NCBI GenBank assembly: GCA_040398805.1 | Contig: JBBATK010000001.1 | Span: 377,933 to 441,932, forward strand | Source: Candidatus Kapaibacterium sp. | GTDB taxonomy: Bacteria; Bacteroidota; Ignavibacteria; Kapaibacteriales; NICIL-2 | Length of the DNA: 64,000 bases | Direction: 5' to 3' | In this document: piece after piece, positions 1 to 10,149 of the stretch | Numbering within the stretch: position 1 is the stretch's first letter | Layout of the letters: every line of letters begins with the position of its first letter | Program-made: the position numbers and the translations under genes | The notes under the pieces: model-generated | What the model was told of the DNA's origin: nothing | Databases searched by the model: none | The model's input: the letters and a program-made list of their open reading frames with translations, nothing else

Positions 1-1094
1 AGTTTGGACCACGGCGCGGTGGACTCCACATCGACATGATGCGCCCGACAGACGGCCAATACCTCTTCCCGCGACGCATGCAGGATGTCCACTCCGCACT
101 TTTCCTGAATGGCATCCATCATGGAGATGCGCGCAAACGGTTTGGCCATAGAGATCTGTTGTTCACTCACCGTCAGTTCCGTAGAGCCGTTCACCTCCGA
201 ACACATAGTGGACAGCAGATCCTCCACCATCTCCATCATCCACACGTAATCCTTGTACGCCACATAGATCTCCATTGCCGTGAACTCGGGGTTATGCGTA
301 CGGTCCATTCCCTCGTTGCGGAAGTTCTTGCTGATTTCATAGACACCGTCGAATCCTCCCACGATCAGCCGCTTGAGATACAGTTCATCGGCGATACGCA
401 GGTAGAGCGGGATATCGAGGGCATTATGATGCGTTGTGAAGGGACGAGCAGTGGCGCCGCCATACAACGGCTGAAGGATCGGCGTTTCGACTTCCATCCA
501 TCCGTGTGCGTCGAAATAGTTCCTCATGGAGCGGATGATGCGCGACCGCGTTTGGAAGGTGGCGCGCACATGGGGGTTCACGATAAGGTCCACATACCGA
601 CGACGATACCGAAGCTCCTTGTCGGAAAACGCGTCGTGAACCACCGTTTCGCCATTCTCATCCTTCTCCTCTTTCGGCACAGGAATGGGCTGGACGGATT
701 TGCACAACAAGGTCAATTCCTCAACATGGACGCTGATCTCGCCCATGCGGGTGCGGAACACGAAACCTCGTACGCCGACGATGTCGCCGATATCGAAGAG
801 CTTCAAGAGATCGTAGAACTCCCCAAGGTCGTCACGCTTCGCATAACACTGGATACGCCCCGCATCATCCTGTATATGGAAGAACGTCGCCTTACCCATC
901 CGTCGGAACGCCATGATGCGCCCGGCCACCCTGACGGAAGGATGATGCGCGTCGGAGTCCACGAAGGAATCGATGATCTCCTTGCTGCGATGAGTTTTCT
1001 CATATCCAACAGGATACGGTTCTACGCCGTGGGAACGCAATTCATGAAGCTCTTCGATTCGTCGCTGTACTTGGTCGTTGTGATGTTCAGACAT
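1..1094 (-). CDS. lysS: Lysine--tRNA ligase (class II), N-terminal ~364 aa; C-terminus runs off the window start
   Basis: Minus-strand translation from ATG at 1094-1092 reads [28 protein letters not shown]..., then the anticodon-binding region and class II motif 2 ([26 protein letters not shown]). The six-frame track misses it because it has no stop within the window; the listed + ORF 36..1115 is its shadow. Confidence 0.9.
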   Translation of the reverse strand, partial: MSEHHNDQVQRRIEELHELRSHGVEPYPVGYEKTHRSKEIIDSFVDSDAHHPSVRVAGRIMAFRRMGKATFFHIQDDAGRIQCYAKRDDLGEFYDLLKLFDIGDIVGVRGFVFRTRMGEISVHVEELTLLCKSVQPIPVPKEEKDENGETVVHDAFSDKELRYRRRYVDLIVNPHVRATFQTRSRIIRSMRNYFDAHGWMEVETPILQPLYGGATARPFTTHHNALDIPLYLRIADELYLKRLIVGGFDGVYEISKNFRNEGMDRTHNPEFTAMEIYVAYKDYVWMMEMVEDLLSTMCSEVNGSTELTVSEQQISMAKPFARISMMDAIQEKCGVDILHASREEVLAVCRAHHVDVESTAPWSK

Positions 1095-1312
1095 GGTGTG
1101 TTCGGCTGTGTGTGATTCGTGCAAATATACTGCTCTGCAGTGCCGCGCGGGACGTGTGACCGTCGCAACCATGACCTTCGCCGTCACCCCGCTCGGGGCC
1201 GATCCCATGCACCGTCGACGTTCCTCAGGTCGAGGAAACTCTTTACACGTTTTCGGTTTCCACGTTGTAAGTTGCGGGTCTTCAACACATTATCGATGAA
1301 GTAATCGACACC

Positions 1313-2698
1313 ATGGCGATACGGACACCCATAGCGGAAAGCGGAGAAGCGGTACCGACCCTGCGGGACCGCGTGGTGCTTGCGGGCGAGCGACTGTTCC
1401 GAGCCGACGGATTTGCCGCCGTCTCCATGGACACGATTGCCGCCGAGTTAGGTGTCAGCAAGAAAACCCTGTATACCGCGGTTCGAAGCAAGGAAGAGAT
1501 CCTGAGGGAAATCATCGAGCATTCCCTTCGAAGTATCTCAGAACACATCGACATCGTGTTCGACAGGCCTGACCTGAGCTTTGTCGAGAAGGCCGCGCAT
1601 TGGTTCGTCTTCCTACGGTTCATTCACGACAACGTGACACCGACGGAGCTGATCCGGGACATGCAGCGGAATGCACCGCAAGCATGGAGACTGATTCGGT
1701 TGCATGCACGGCAAAGGACCGAGCGCATCGCCGCGTTCTTCCACTCGGGTCTGCAATCCGGTGAAATCCGTCGTGACCTCGACACCCGCATTGCGGCACG
1801 CCTGTACAGTAGCTGCTCGGCGGGCATTCTCGAGGAATCCGTTCTCACCGGGGTGAAGCTCCGACGTCAGCGAGCGTTCGAGGTGTTCGGTCAGTTGTTC
1901 TATACGGGAATGTTCACTGCGGAAGCTCGCAAGACCTTGCAGAAGGTCCGTGAACTCGCGCCCATGCCTTCGCTACGAGCGGACGTCGAGCCGGAATCAT
2001 CCGTCGGTACTGATCTCCGTGCACGGATCATCCATGCCGGACGCACCCATTTCTTCCGCCTTGGATACAGCAAAGTGCGTATGGATGAGATTGCCACCGA
2101 AACGGGTATCAGTAAGAAGACCTTGTACAATAACTTCTCCTCGAAAGAAGACTTGTTGCGAGAGGTCCTGCGCGAGTTCGCCAACGGCGTCGCAGAGTCC
2201 ACGCTGACGGTTTCGGACGAAAGCATCTTCGAGTATGTGCGCTCGTTACGCACGTTCATCATCACCATGGCGAACCGACTGAGTGAGATCACACCACAGT
2301 TCGTTCGTGACCTTGCCCGCACCGCACCGGAGTTCCTGGATGAGTTGCTGGCATGGCGTTCGGATGCCATCGATACCAGATTCGCCGCCGTCTTGCACAA
2401 AGGTCAGCGCATCCATGCCATTCGCTCGGATGTCTCCGCGTCCCATCTTGCCCGCGTCTATCGCGTGGTCTTGGACAGTGCCTTGCGTCCGGATGAGTTG
2501 ACACAGGATGATATTTTGCCCGTCGACATGTATCGGACGATCGTCAATGCCATGTTCATCGGTAATCTGGAAGACTCCTATCACTCGGCATTTGTCGAGG
2601 CGTACGATGCGTGCCTGTCCAGTCGTCCATCGATGATTCCTCGACCGGAGACATCAAGCATCAAAAAACGAACCCGGAGAAAGCCCCATGCGGATTGA
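1313..2698 (+). CDS. Tandem (duplicated) TetR/AcrR-family transcriptional regulator, 461 aa with two HTH-plus-ligand-domain units
   Basis: Two TetR N-terminal HTH signatures: residues ~15-60 (RLFRADGFAAVSMDTIAAELGVSKKTLYTAVRSKEEIL) and ~235-280 (HFFRLGYSKVRMDEIATETGISKKTLYNNFSSKEDLL). Each is followed by an alpha-helical ligand-binding-like region. Its stop overlaps the trmD start by 11 nt. Confidence 0.8.
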   Translation: MAIRTPIAESGEAVPTLRDRVVLAGERLFRADGFAAVSMDTIAAELGVSKKTLYTAVRSKEEILREIIEHSLRSISEHIDIVFDRPDLSFVEKAAHWFVFLRFIHDNVTPTELIRDMQRNAPQAWRLIRLHARQRTERIAAFFHSGLQSGEIRRDLDTRIAARLYSSCSAGILEESVLTGVKLRRQRAFEVFGQLFYTGMFTAEARKTLQKVRELAPMPSLRADVEPESSVGTDLRARIIHAGRTHFFRLGYSKVRMDEIATETGISKKTLYNNFSSKEDLLREVLREFANGVAESTLTVSDESIFEYVRSLRTFIITMANRLSEITPQFVRDLARTAPEFLDELLAWRSDAIDTRFAAVLHKGQRIHAIRSDVSASHLARVYRVVLDSALRPDELTQDDILPVDMYRTIVNAMFIGNLEDSYHSAFVEAYDACLSSRPSMIPRPETSSIKKRTRRKPHAD

Positions 2699-3383
2699 TA
2701 TCCTTACCGCCATCCCGGATCTCGTCACGCCCATTCTCGGTGTGAGTATCATCGGACGAGCTGTTGCCAAGAACGTGGTCTCCATACACGTGCATAACCT
2801 TCACGACTTCGCAACGGACACCTTCAAGCACATCGACGATGCGCCGTATGGCGGAGGTGCCGGCATGGTACTCCAATGCGAACCCGTCATGCGATGCATC
2901 GACGGCTTGAAGGAGGAACGCTCGTATGATGACGTCATCTACATGACTCCCGAGGGAACGCCGTTCACCCAGACCGAGGCCAACCGCCTCTCCCTTCAGC
3001 AGAATCTTATCCTTTTGGCCGGACATTACAAGGGAATCGACCAGCGTATCCGCGACTTGGCAGTGACGAGAGAGATATCCATCGGTGATTACGTGGTGAG
3101 TGGCGGCGAACTTCCTGCGCTCATTGTCACGGATGCCATCGTGCGACTTCTTCCCGGGGCGATCAGCGATGTGGAAAGTGCTCTTGACGACTCGTTTCAG
3201 GATGGGTATCTGGCTCCGCCTGTGTACACCCGACCGGCGGTTTTCCGCGGACTGGAAGTCCCGCCTGTCCTCCGCAGCGGCGACCACGAAGCCGTTCGTC
3301 GTTGGAGACGCGAACAGGCGGTTCAGCGGACGAAGGAGCGACGTCCCGATTTATTGAACGACGGAGAAGAGAATCATGGATAG
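2688..3383 (+). CDS. trmD: tRNA (guanine37-N1)-methyltransferase
   Basis: MRIDILTAIPDL...YGGGAGMV...ISIGDYVVSGGELPALIVTDAIVRLLPG: SPOUT-fold TrmD signature. Length of 231 aa is typical. Confidence 0.92.
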   Translation: MRIDILTAIPDLVTPILGVSIIGRAVAKNVVSIHVHNLHDFATDTFKHIDDAPYGGGAGMVLQCEPVMRCIDGLKEERSYDDVIYMTPEGTPFTQTEANRLSLQQNLILLAGHYKGIDQRIRDLAVTREISIGDYVVSGGELPALIVTDAIVRLLPGAISDVESALDDSFQDGYLAPPVYTRPAVFRGLEVPPVLRSGDHEAVRRWRREQAVQRTKERRPDLLNDGEENHG

Positions 3384-4065
3384 ACCCATTGCAGTCGTCC
3401 TCATGTCCGGCGGAATGGATTCCACTGTTTGCACGGCTCTCGCCCACCGCGACGGTTGCGAGGTAGCGGCGTTGCACGTGCGGTATGGTCAGCGGACACA
3501 GGAACGTGAACGTCAATCATTCAATGATGTGTGCGACCACTATGGCATCACGAAACGACTGGTAGTGGACATCTCGCATCTTGCGGCTATCGGTGGCAGC
3601 AGCCTGACCGATCCGACCATGCCCGTGACGGAAGCCCAGCTTCATTCTACGGTCGTCCCCACGAGCTACGTCCCGTTCCGCAATGCCAATATCCTTGCTA
3701 TTGCAACGAGTTGGGCGGAAGTGTTGGAGGCACAGAGATTGTATATCGGAGCGGTGGAAGACGATTCGAGCGGCTATCCTGATTGCCGTGCCGAGTTCTT
3801 CGCCGCCTTCCAGGAGGTCATACGCACGGGCACGAAACCGAACAATCCGCTGCGCATTCACACCCCCTTGATCCACATGACGAAGAAGGACATCGTCCGG
3901 ACGGGCATGGATCTCCATGCGCCGTTCGATCGCACATGGTCGTGTTACCGCTCGGAGTCATCCGCCTGTGGCACCTGCGATTCGTGCGCCCTGCGCCTTC
4001 GGGGCTTCGAGCAAGCAGGAGCGGATGATCCGCTGCCCTACATCACCCGTCCCCGGTATACCTGA
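3376..4065 (+). CDS. queC: 7-cyano-7-deazaguanine synthase (queuosine biosynthesis)
   Basis: N-terminal PP-loop VVLMSGGMDSTVCTA and C-terminal zinc-binding cysteine cluster CYRSESSACGTCDSCALR. 229 aa. Overlaps the trmD stop by 8 nt. Confidence 0.92.
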   Translation: MDRPIAVVLMSGGMDSTVCTALAHRDGCEVAALHVRYGQRTQERERQSFNDVCDHYGITKRLVVDISHLAAIGGSSLTDPTMPVTEAQLHSTVVPTSYVPFRNANILAIATSWAEVLEAQRLYIGAVEDDSSGYPDCRAEFFAAFQEVIRTGTKPNNPLRIHTPLIHMTKKDIVRTGMDLHAPFDRTWSCYRSESSACGTCDSCALRLRGFEQAGADDPLPYITRPRYT

Positions 4066-5408
4066 TGTCATCCAAGCTTGCCGAATCAGACCTCATCCAT
4101 CCATCTGTCGTTTCTCGCGGCCGGATACTCGCTATCTGGTTGCCGCTTGCCCTGACATGGGCGATGATGGCCATCGAGGGACCCGTTTTGAACGCCATTG
4201 TTTCGAGACTTCCCGACCAGGCCGTCAATCTCGCCGCCTTCGGTCTGTCCGTGAGCATCGCCATCGTCATCGAATCACCGGTCATCATGCTCCTGAGCAC
4301 GTCGATCGCCCTTGTCCGGGATTTTCCCTCGTGGCTTGCCGTGCGCAGGTACGGCGTCCGTCTCTGCGTCATCACGACGGCCGTGATGGTCGTGGCCGTC
4401 CTTCCTCCCGTCCACTCCTTCGTGAGTCACGATGTCCTTCATCTACCACCGGCTATCGCGGACAAGCTGCAGGCAGGTCTCATGTGCCTTGTCCTGTGGC
4501 CGGCATCCATCGGTTACCGGCGTCTGTACCAGGGAGTGATGATAGCGAACGGTTCGTCGCGTCTCGTGGCTGTTGCCAGCATCACCCGAGTGGCCACCAT
4601 GTCGCTTATCTCCATTTCGCTCGCCACGTTCACATCGCTCACCGGTATCATCATCGGAAGTCTGTCCCTGAGTCTCGGTGTCTTCTTCGAAGCGATAGCG
4701 ACACGGTTCATGGCGCGGGATGTCATCGAATCGCTGAAACAACGTACCGTGGGTAAGGAACTCACGCATTCGGAGATCAGCGCATTCTACCGACCGCTCG
4801 CCTGGACGTCCGTAGCGGCCATGGCCATCAATCCTTTGAGTTCCTTCTTCATGGCGCGGTTTCCCTATCCTACGGAATCAATGGCGGTGTTTCCGGTGGT
4901 CGATTCTCTGGTCTTCCAGTTCAAAAGCTCGTCGTACGCGTTGCAGGAAACGGTGGTCTCGCTTGCAGGCGGCAGCCGCGCAGACAATGCGGCACTCAGG
5001 CGATTCGCCATGCTGATGATGATCTGCACAAGCGGTCTGTTGGGCGCTCTGGCGTTCAGTCCTCTCCTCATTCCCGTCTATACCGTCTTCCCCTTCACGC
5101 TCTCGGCCGAACTGGCTTCGTTTGCGATAACGCCGACGTACATCTTCATCGTCTTACCGGCCGTGCAGGTATGGAATTCGTATCTGAAAGGTCTGATGAT
5201 CAATCGGCGCAGGACGCAAGTGGTGTCCGCATCGACCTTCCTGGAGGTCGGATGTCTGGTGGTCTTCGCGCTGATGTTCCTTTTGTTCAGCGATGTGAAC
5301 GGTGTCAACGCCACGTTTCTGGCGTTCCTCTTCGGACGTATCATCTCGTCGTTCTATCTGCTCTATCACTCGGCGGACACGAGATCGCTGCTGGAGCCCT
5401 CGATGTAG
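4065..5408 (+). CDS. Polytopic membrane protein, MATE/MOP-superfamily-like transporter (about 12 predicted TM helices)
   Basis: 447 aa and strongly hydrophobic throughout, with a two-lobed repeat architecture. The N-lobe (LAIWLPLALTWAMMAIEGPVLNAIVSRL...LAAFGLSVSI) resembles MATE exporters. The start ATG overlaps the queC TGA (TGATG). Confidence 0.55.
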   Translation: MSSKLAESDLIHPSVVSRGRILAIWLPLALTWAMMAIEGPVLNAIVSRLPDQAVNLAAFGLSVSIAIVIESPVIMLLSTSIALVRDFPSWLAVRRYGVRLCVITTAVMVVAVLPPVHSFVSHDVLHLPPAIADKLQAGLMCLVLWPASIGYRRLYQGVMIANGSSRLVAVASITRVATMSLISISLATFTSLTGIIIGSLSLSLGVFFEAIATRFMARDVIESLKQRTVGKELTHSEISAFYRPLAWTSVAAMAINPLSSFFMARFPYPTESMAVFPVVDSLVFQFKSSSYALQETVVSLAGGSRADNAALRRFAMLMMICTSGLLGALAFSPLLIPVYTVFPFTLSAELASFAITPTYIFIVLPAVQVWNSYLKGLMINRRRTQVVSASTFLEVGCLVVFALMFLLFSDVNGVNATFLAFLFGRIISSFYLLYHSADTRSLLEPSM

Positions 5409-7357
5409 GCGATGTCCACGGCGGGCAGGCTCTGGTCGCGGAACTTTTTCAAGAGGCGTGCGAACTCCGGAGACATCTCGTCAAGCTTCTCCTGCACCTC
5501 CATGCTCAGTTTGAGCAGACCGCCTTCGTAAGCCAGACGTCCCATGTGAAAGTACGCCTCGGCACACTCACCGTCGATATCCGTCAGCCGCTTGTACACC
5601 TCGATGGCTTTGTCCATCGCCTTTACCCTCTCGAGAGTCATGGCGATGTTGATGAACCGTCGGTGCTCCTCCGGCTGCAAGGCGAATAGCTCACGTGTGT
5701 GGATGAGTCCCAGGGCCAGACGTCCTTCTTCGATGTACAATTCCGCCAAATGATAGTGGGCATCTGTCGACTGCGGATTCCACTCGAGGGCGCGGCGCGC
5801 ATACTCCATGGCTTCCGTCCGTTGGTCTTCTTGATGAAGGACGCGCGCACATCTCAAGAGCGCTTCAACGTTCGCGGGATCCAGCGTCAAGGCACGCTTG
5901 TAACATCGTATGGCGGTCTTGGGATCGAAGTACTTTTCGCGGATCAATGCGTAATGGACAAGGGCTTCGATATTGTTCGGGGCGCAGTGGATGGCTGTCT
6001 TGATAGCACTCTCCGCTTCCTCGATATCGCCAAGTTCCGTTAGCGTCTTCGAGAGTCCAAGATACGCCTCGTCGCAGACAGGATCCATGGCTACTGCCTG
6101 GGTGAAGAGGCGCATCGCGTTGTCGAGCTGACCTTCAAGAAGGGCAACGAAGCCCATGCACGTGAAATTGAGGACGCTGTCGGGCTCGATCCTCGCCGCA
6201 TGCATGAAGCACTCTTTAGCTTTTTGACTTTGCATCAAGCGAAGGCGTATCCTCCCCATCTTTCGATACAGATTGCCATCCGGCTGTATGGTCACCGCGC
6301 GATCATATCGATCGATGGCATCCTCGAATAACCGAAGACGGACAAGAACGTCTCCGCTTAGCACCAGGGCTTCGATATTGGCCGGTTCCCGTTCCAGGCA
6401 CTTGGTGATAGCGCTCAACGCCTCGTCGTTTTGCTTCGCGGCTGCGAGCACGCGGGCGAGTCTCATATGATAGATGTTCTGCTCGTCGTCAAGAAAGATT
6501 GCCTCGCGGAAACACTCTGCCGCGGCTGCGTACTTTTTCTGGTGGGAGCAATTGATTCCCAAGTTGTTCCGATACTCGGCATTTTCCGGCTCGATCTCTA
6601 TAGCCGATCGAAAACTCACATTCGCCTCGTCGTACTTTCCAATCGTCGAATACGTGACGGCCAAGCAATTGAGAGCGAACCCATCGGTGGGTTTGAGGGC
6701 GACGGCGTGCTCGAACTCCACGACCGCAGCATCGAACTGTTCGAGACTGAAGAGCACCTGCCCCATCTCAAGGTGCAGTTCCGCCGTGGGAACTCCAGTC
6801 ATCGCAGCCTGGCGAAAGCTTTCAAGGGACTTGTCGAGTCGTTGCCACTTCGTGTACAGACGTCCGAGCTCCATATGCACGCGAAACGCTATGGAGGGGT
6901 TGTCCTTCAAGGACACGAGAAGGCTTTCTGCGAGGGCAAGGTTGCCCGCTTCCGACTGGCAAATGGCGAGCGTGATCGCCGCTTCCGACGAATCGGGATT
7001 CAGTTCCAAGGCCGTCTCTGCGGACTCGATGGCGGCGGCAGTGTTCCCCAATCGAAGCTCGGCCATGGCAAGTCGCGTATGGACCTGAACCTGAGCAGGA
7101 TCGTACCGAAGGAACGTGCGATAATACCGTACAGCCGTGGCGAAGTCACGAGACTGCATTGCGTCTTCCGCAAGGGTCAGGGAGCGGATCATGCGGCGCT
7201 CCGTTTGCTGCTCCACCTCTCGGGCATTAAACACGAAATAGTAGGAACCGTCGCTTTGCCGCTGGATGAAACGGGAATACCACGCGCGCTCAGATCCGGG
7301 AGCGTTTCTTCCCTCGGAACGTGATCGAGTCTTGTCCTTACGGTTGTTATCCGACAT
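5366..7357 (-). CDS. Cytoplasmic TPR-repeat protein (663 aa) with a basic N-terminal tail
   Basis: More than 12 consecutive TPR-like 34-aa units (A..Y...L..DP....A...LA...) and no signal peptide. Its 3' end overlaps the convergent MATE-like gene by 43 bp. Confidence 0.75.
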   Translation of the reverse strand: MSDNNRKDKTRSRSEGRNAPGSERAWYSRFIQRQSDGSYYFVFNAREVEQQTERRMIRSLTLAEDAMQSRDFATAVRYYRTFLRYDPAQVQVHTRLAMAELRLGNTAAAIESAETALELNPDSSEAAITLAICQSEAGNLALAESLLVSLKDNPSIAFRVHMELGRLYTKWQRLDKSLESFRQAAMTGVPTAELHLEMGQVLFSLEQFDAAVVEFEHAVALKPTDGFALNCLAVTYSTIGKYDEANVSFRSAIEIEPENAEYRNNLGINCSHQKKYAAAAECFREAIFLDDEQNIYHMRLARVLAAAKQNDEALSAITKCLEREPANIEALVLSGDVLVRLRLFEDAIDRYDRAVTIQPDGNLYRKMGRIRLRLMQSQKAKECFMHAARIEPDSVLNFTCMGFVALLEGQLDNAMRLFTQAVAMDPVCDEAYLGLSKTLTELGDIEEAESAIKTAIHCAPNNIEALVHYALIREKYFDPKTAIRCYKRALTLDPANVEALLRCARVLHQEDQRTEAMEYARRALEWNPQSTDAHYHLAELYIEEGRLALGLIHTRELFALQPEEHRRFINIAMTLERVKAMDKAIEVYKRLTDIDGECAEAYFHMGRLAYEGGLLKLSMEVQEKLDEMSPEFARLLKKFRDQSLPAVDIAYIEGSSSDLVSAE

Positions 7358-7551
7358 GACGTGGCGGCTTTGACAATGGAACGGAAGTCATAATGCGAAC
7401 GGGTACGGCGGTGTCTCAAGATTATCGTCACGAGAACGCGAAAATTGAGGCGTCTACGCACTAATCGTCCTGGTGCCAGGATGTGGTAACACAGGATGAA
7501 GTCTCGAACCTCGAGCATCGCACCCCACTTCCTTCTCCGCTGAACGGGTCG

Positions 7552-7559
7552 TACTTTTG
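7552..7559 (+). promoter_or_regulatory. Candidate Bacteroidetes-type -7 promoter element (TACTTTTG) upstream of murD
   Basis: Matches the TAnnTTTG consensus 28 nt upstream of the murD ATG (7587) in a 230-bp divergent intergenic region. No clear -33 TTTG was found. Confidence 0.25.
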
Positions 7560-7586
7560 CAGGCCGTATCCACACGTGTCATCACC

Positions 7587-8918
7587 ATGAAATACACCGT
7601 TCTTGGGGCCGCTACCAGCGGCGTCGCAGCTGCCGTTCTCGCGAAGCGTACGAATAACGAGGTTTTCGTCAGCGAGTTCAAGGAAGCGTCCGCCTATCCT
7701 GAGGCGGCGGAAACATTCCGCTCACAGGGCGTAGAGTGCGAGTTCGGTGGACATTCCGAAAAGGTATTCGATTGCGACTGCATCATCACGTCGCCGGGCA
7801 TCAAACCCTCCACTCCAGTCATTCAGGACGCACGGCGAAGAGGTATTCCCATCATCAGCGAGCTGGAGTTCGCCTATGGTTTCTCCAAACACACCATCGT
7901 TGCCATCACAGGCACGAATGGAAAAACGACAACGACGGCGCTGATAGCCTTTGTTTTGAATTCCGGGGGACGAAAGGCGGTCGCCTGCGGTAACATCGGC
8001 ACCCCCCTCTCCGCCATCGTCCTTGATACTCCACGGGATACCGTCCTTGTCATCGAATGCAGTTCCTACCAACTCGATGCGACCGTGACCTTCCGGCCGG
8101 ATGTCGCCATTTTTCTCAACCTTAGTCCGGATCACCTTGAGTATCATGGCTCTGTGGAAAACTATCGCGCGGCCAAGTGGAAAATTTGTGCGAATCAACG
8201 GCCATCGGATACACTAATTTCGTGCGCCGATGACACAGAAGCAGCATCTGTACCATCGACAGTCAAATCGTCGGTTCTCTCATTCAGCGTCAAGCATCCC
8301 GTGCAGCCGGGTATGATTGTGCGCGAGGGTAACCTAGTGTTTGCGACATCGCATAAAGAGGAAATACTTATGCCCACACGTGAATTACGCCTCCCCGGCG
8401 TACACAACGTGTACAATTCCATGGCCGCCGCTCTCGCGGCGAGATGTCTGGAGATTCGTAACGAGGATCTTCGCGACAGTCTCGCATCGTTCTCGGGAGT
8501 AGAGCACCGGTTGGAGTTTGTACGCACTATAGGATCCACCGAATTCATCAATGATTCGAAGGCGACGAACGTGAATGCCACGTGGTACGCCCTGCAATCG
8601 TTTTCCAAGCCCATCATTCTCATAGCCGGCGGACGTGGTGATAACAATGACTACGGTCTGCTGGACGACGCCGTCCGAAAGCATGTCACGTGCATCGTTT
8701 GCATGGGAGAGGAGCGGGAAGCGATCTTCGATCACTTCTGTACCCTCGTTCGATGCATCAAGGCGAACTCGATGGAAGAAGCGGTCAATCTGGCCCGTGA
8801 GCAATCCCTTGGCGACGATGTCGTGCTCTTCTCGCCTGCTTGCAAGTCGTTCGATATGTTCATGAACTATGAACATCGCGGCGAGGTATTCAAGGAAGCC
8901 GTCAGCTCGTTATCATAA
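7587..8918 (+). CDS. murD: UDP-N-acetylmuramoyl-L-alanine--D-glutamate ligase
   Basis: MKYTVLGAATSGVAAA..., then the Mur ligase P-loop GTNGKTTTTALIAF and a C-terminal Mur ligase domain. The ORF track starts 10 codons earlier (7557); the ATG at 7587 is preferred. Confidence 0.9.
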   Translation: MKYTVLGAATSGVAAAVLAKRTNNEVFVSEFKEASAYPEAAETFRSQGVECEFGGHSEKVFDCDCIITSPGIKPSTPVIQDARRRGIPIISELEFAYGFSKHTIVAITGTNGKTTTTALIAFVLNSGGRKAVACGNIGTPLSAIVLDTPRDTVLVIECSSYQLDATVTFRPDVAIFLNLSPDHLEYHGSVENYRAAKWKICANQRPSDTLISCADDTEAASVPSTVKSSVLSFSVKHPVQPGMIVREGNLVFATSHKEEILMPTRELRLPGVHNVYNSMAAALAARCLEIRNEDLRDSLASFSGVEHRLEFVRTIGSTEFINDSKATNVNATWYALQSFSKPIILIAGGRGDNNDYGLLDDAVRKHVTCIVCMGEEREAIFDHFCTLVRCIKANSMEEAVNLAREQSLGDDVVLFSPACKSFDMFMNYEHRGEVFKEAVSSLS

Positions 8919-9015
8919 TCGCATCGACATGCACGTACGGTCGTCATGGCATCAGTGAACGGTGCCGTGTCCGTATGACTGCATCGGAGTCGCGTTTTTC
9001 CGATGCCCCTCTTCA

Positions 9016-10149
9016 ATGAACCAGGAACGTTCCCATATCGATTGGCCCGTCTTCCTTAGCGTCGTGGCGTTGATGCTCTTCAGCATAGCATTCGTCTACA
9101 GCGCAAGCGCGTCGTTTGCAGGAATACGTCTGGGATCCAGCGAGAAACTGTTCACCAACCACCTCCTGCGGGTGGGTATGGCGTTCATTCTCATGATTGT
9201 CATGACGAAAGTGGATTATCATCATTTGCGGGAGTACACCAAGCCCATCATCGTTCTCTCTCTCGGCTTTCTGCTGTACGTGCTCGTCATGGAAGGCAAG
9301 GTCAAGGGAGCCTCCCGCTGGATCACCTTGGGGTTCATCCGTTTCCAACCATCGGAGCTGGCGAAGTTCTCCCTGCTGATCCATCTCTCGTGGTTGCTGT
9401 CGCAGCGAGGTCGGGAGGTGTCGGCGTCGTTGAAAGGCATGATGACGCCGCTGGCCTGGACGCTCGGCGTGTGCGGACTCATTGCCTTGCAACCGAACAT
9501 GTCGACGTCGCTGGTCATCTTCTCCCTTTCCTTCATTCTTGTCATCCTCTCCGGTGCCAGACTCCGGTACGTGCTGTCTCTTGGAGGTGTGGCCCTTGTC
9601 ATCGCGGCGATCGTCACCCTTGGCGCTAACTACCGCGTTCAACGGCTGTTGGCGTTCATGAACGACGACTCCTCGCAGATGACGGCGGCGAAGTACCAGT
9701 CCTATCAGGCGCTCATCGCCTTCGGCAATGGGGGTATCATTGGCGTAGGACCCGGACGCAGTCAGCAACGAGAGGGATTCCTTCCCGAACCCTATGGCGA
9801 TTTCATCTTTTCCATCGTCGGCGAGGAATACGGCTACATCGGTGTTCTTCTCGTCCTCCTTGTGTTTGCAGTCATCCTTGTCCGTGGAGTACGCATCGCA
9901 CGCAGTGCACCCGATGATTTCGGTTTCTACCTTGCCAGCGGCATCACCCTGACGATTGTCTGTTATGCCTTCGTCAACGCGGGCGTCAATTGCGGACTCT
10001 TACCGACTACGGGATTACCGATGCCATTCATCAGCTACGGCGGTACGAGTGTCGTCTTCTCCGCCATGGCCATAGGAATCCTTTTGAACATATCGAAGCA
10101 GACGACCATCAAGCACCTTGGCACATCCGTCCCGGAGGCGAAAACATGA
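9016..10149 (+). CDS. ftsW: SEDS-family peptidoglycan glycosyltransferase FtsW (cell division)
   Basis: Ten-TM SEDS architecture; QPSELAKFSLLIHLSWLL and the C-terminal GGTSVVFSAMAIGILLNIS motif are typical of FtsW/RodA. It sits after murD as in division and cell wall (dcw) clusters. Alternative start at 8962. Confidence 0.88.
   Translation: MNQERSHIDWPVFLSVVALMLFSIAFVYSASASFAGIRLGSSEKLFTNHLLRVGMAFILMIVMTKVDYHHLREYTKPIIVLSLGFLLYVLVMEGKVKGASRWITLGFIRFQPSELAKFSLLIHLSWLLSQRGREVSASLKGMMTPLAWTLGVCGLIALQPNMSTSLVIFSLSFILVILSGARLRYVLSLGGVALVIAAIVTLGANYRVQRLLAFMNDDSSQMTAAKYQSYQALIAFGNGGIIGVGPGRSQQREGFLPEPYGDFIFSIVGEEYGYIGVLLVLLVFAVILVRGVRIARSAPDDFGFYLASGITLTIVCYAFVNAGVNCGLLPTTGLPMPFISYGGTSVVFSAMAIGILLNISKQTTIKHLGTSVPEAKT

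Noticed and set aside
36-1115. 359-aa + strand ORF (His/Arg-rich) at the window start
   Set aside because: It is the antisense shadow of lysS; the minus strand encodes conserved LysS motifs. Its composition is unnatural (HHLHHPH, RR runs).
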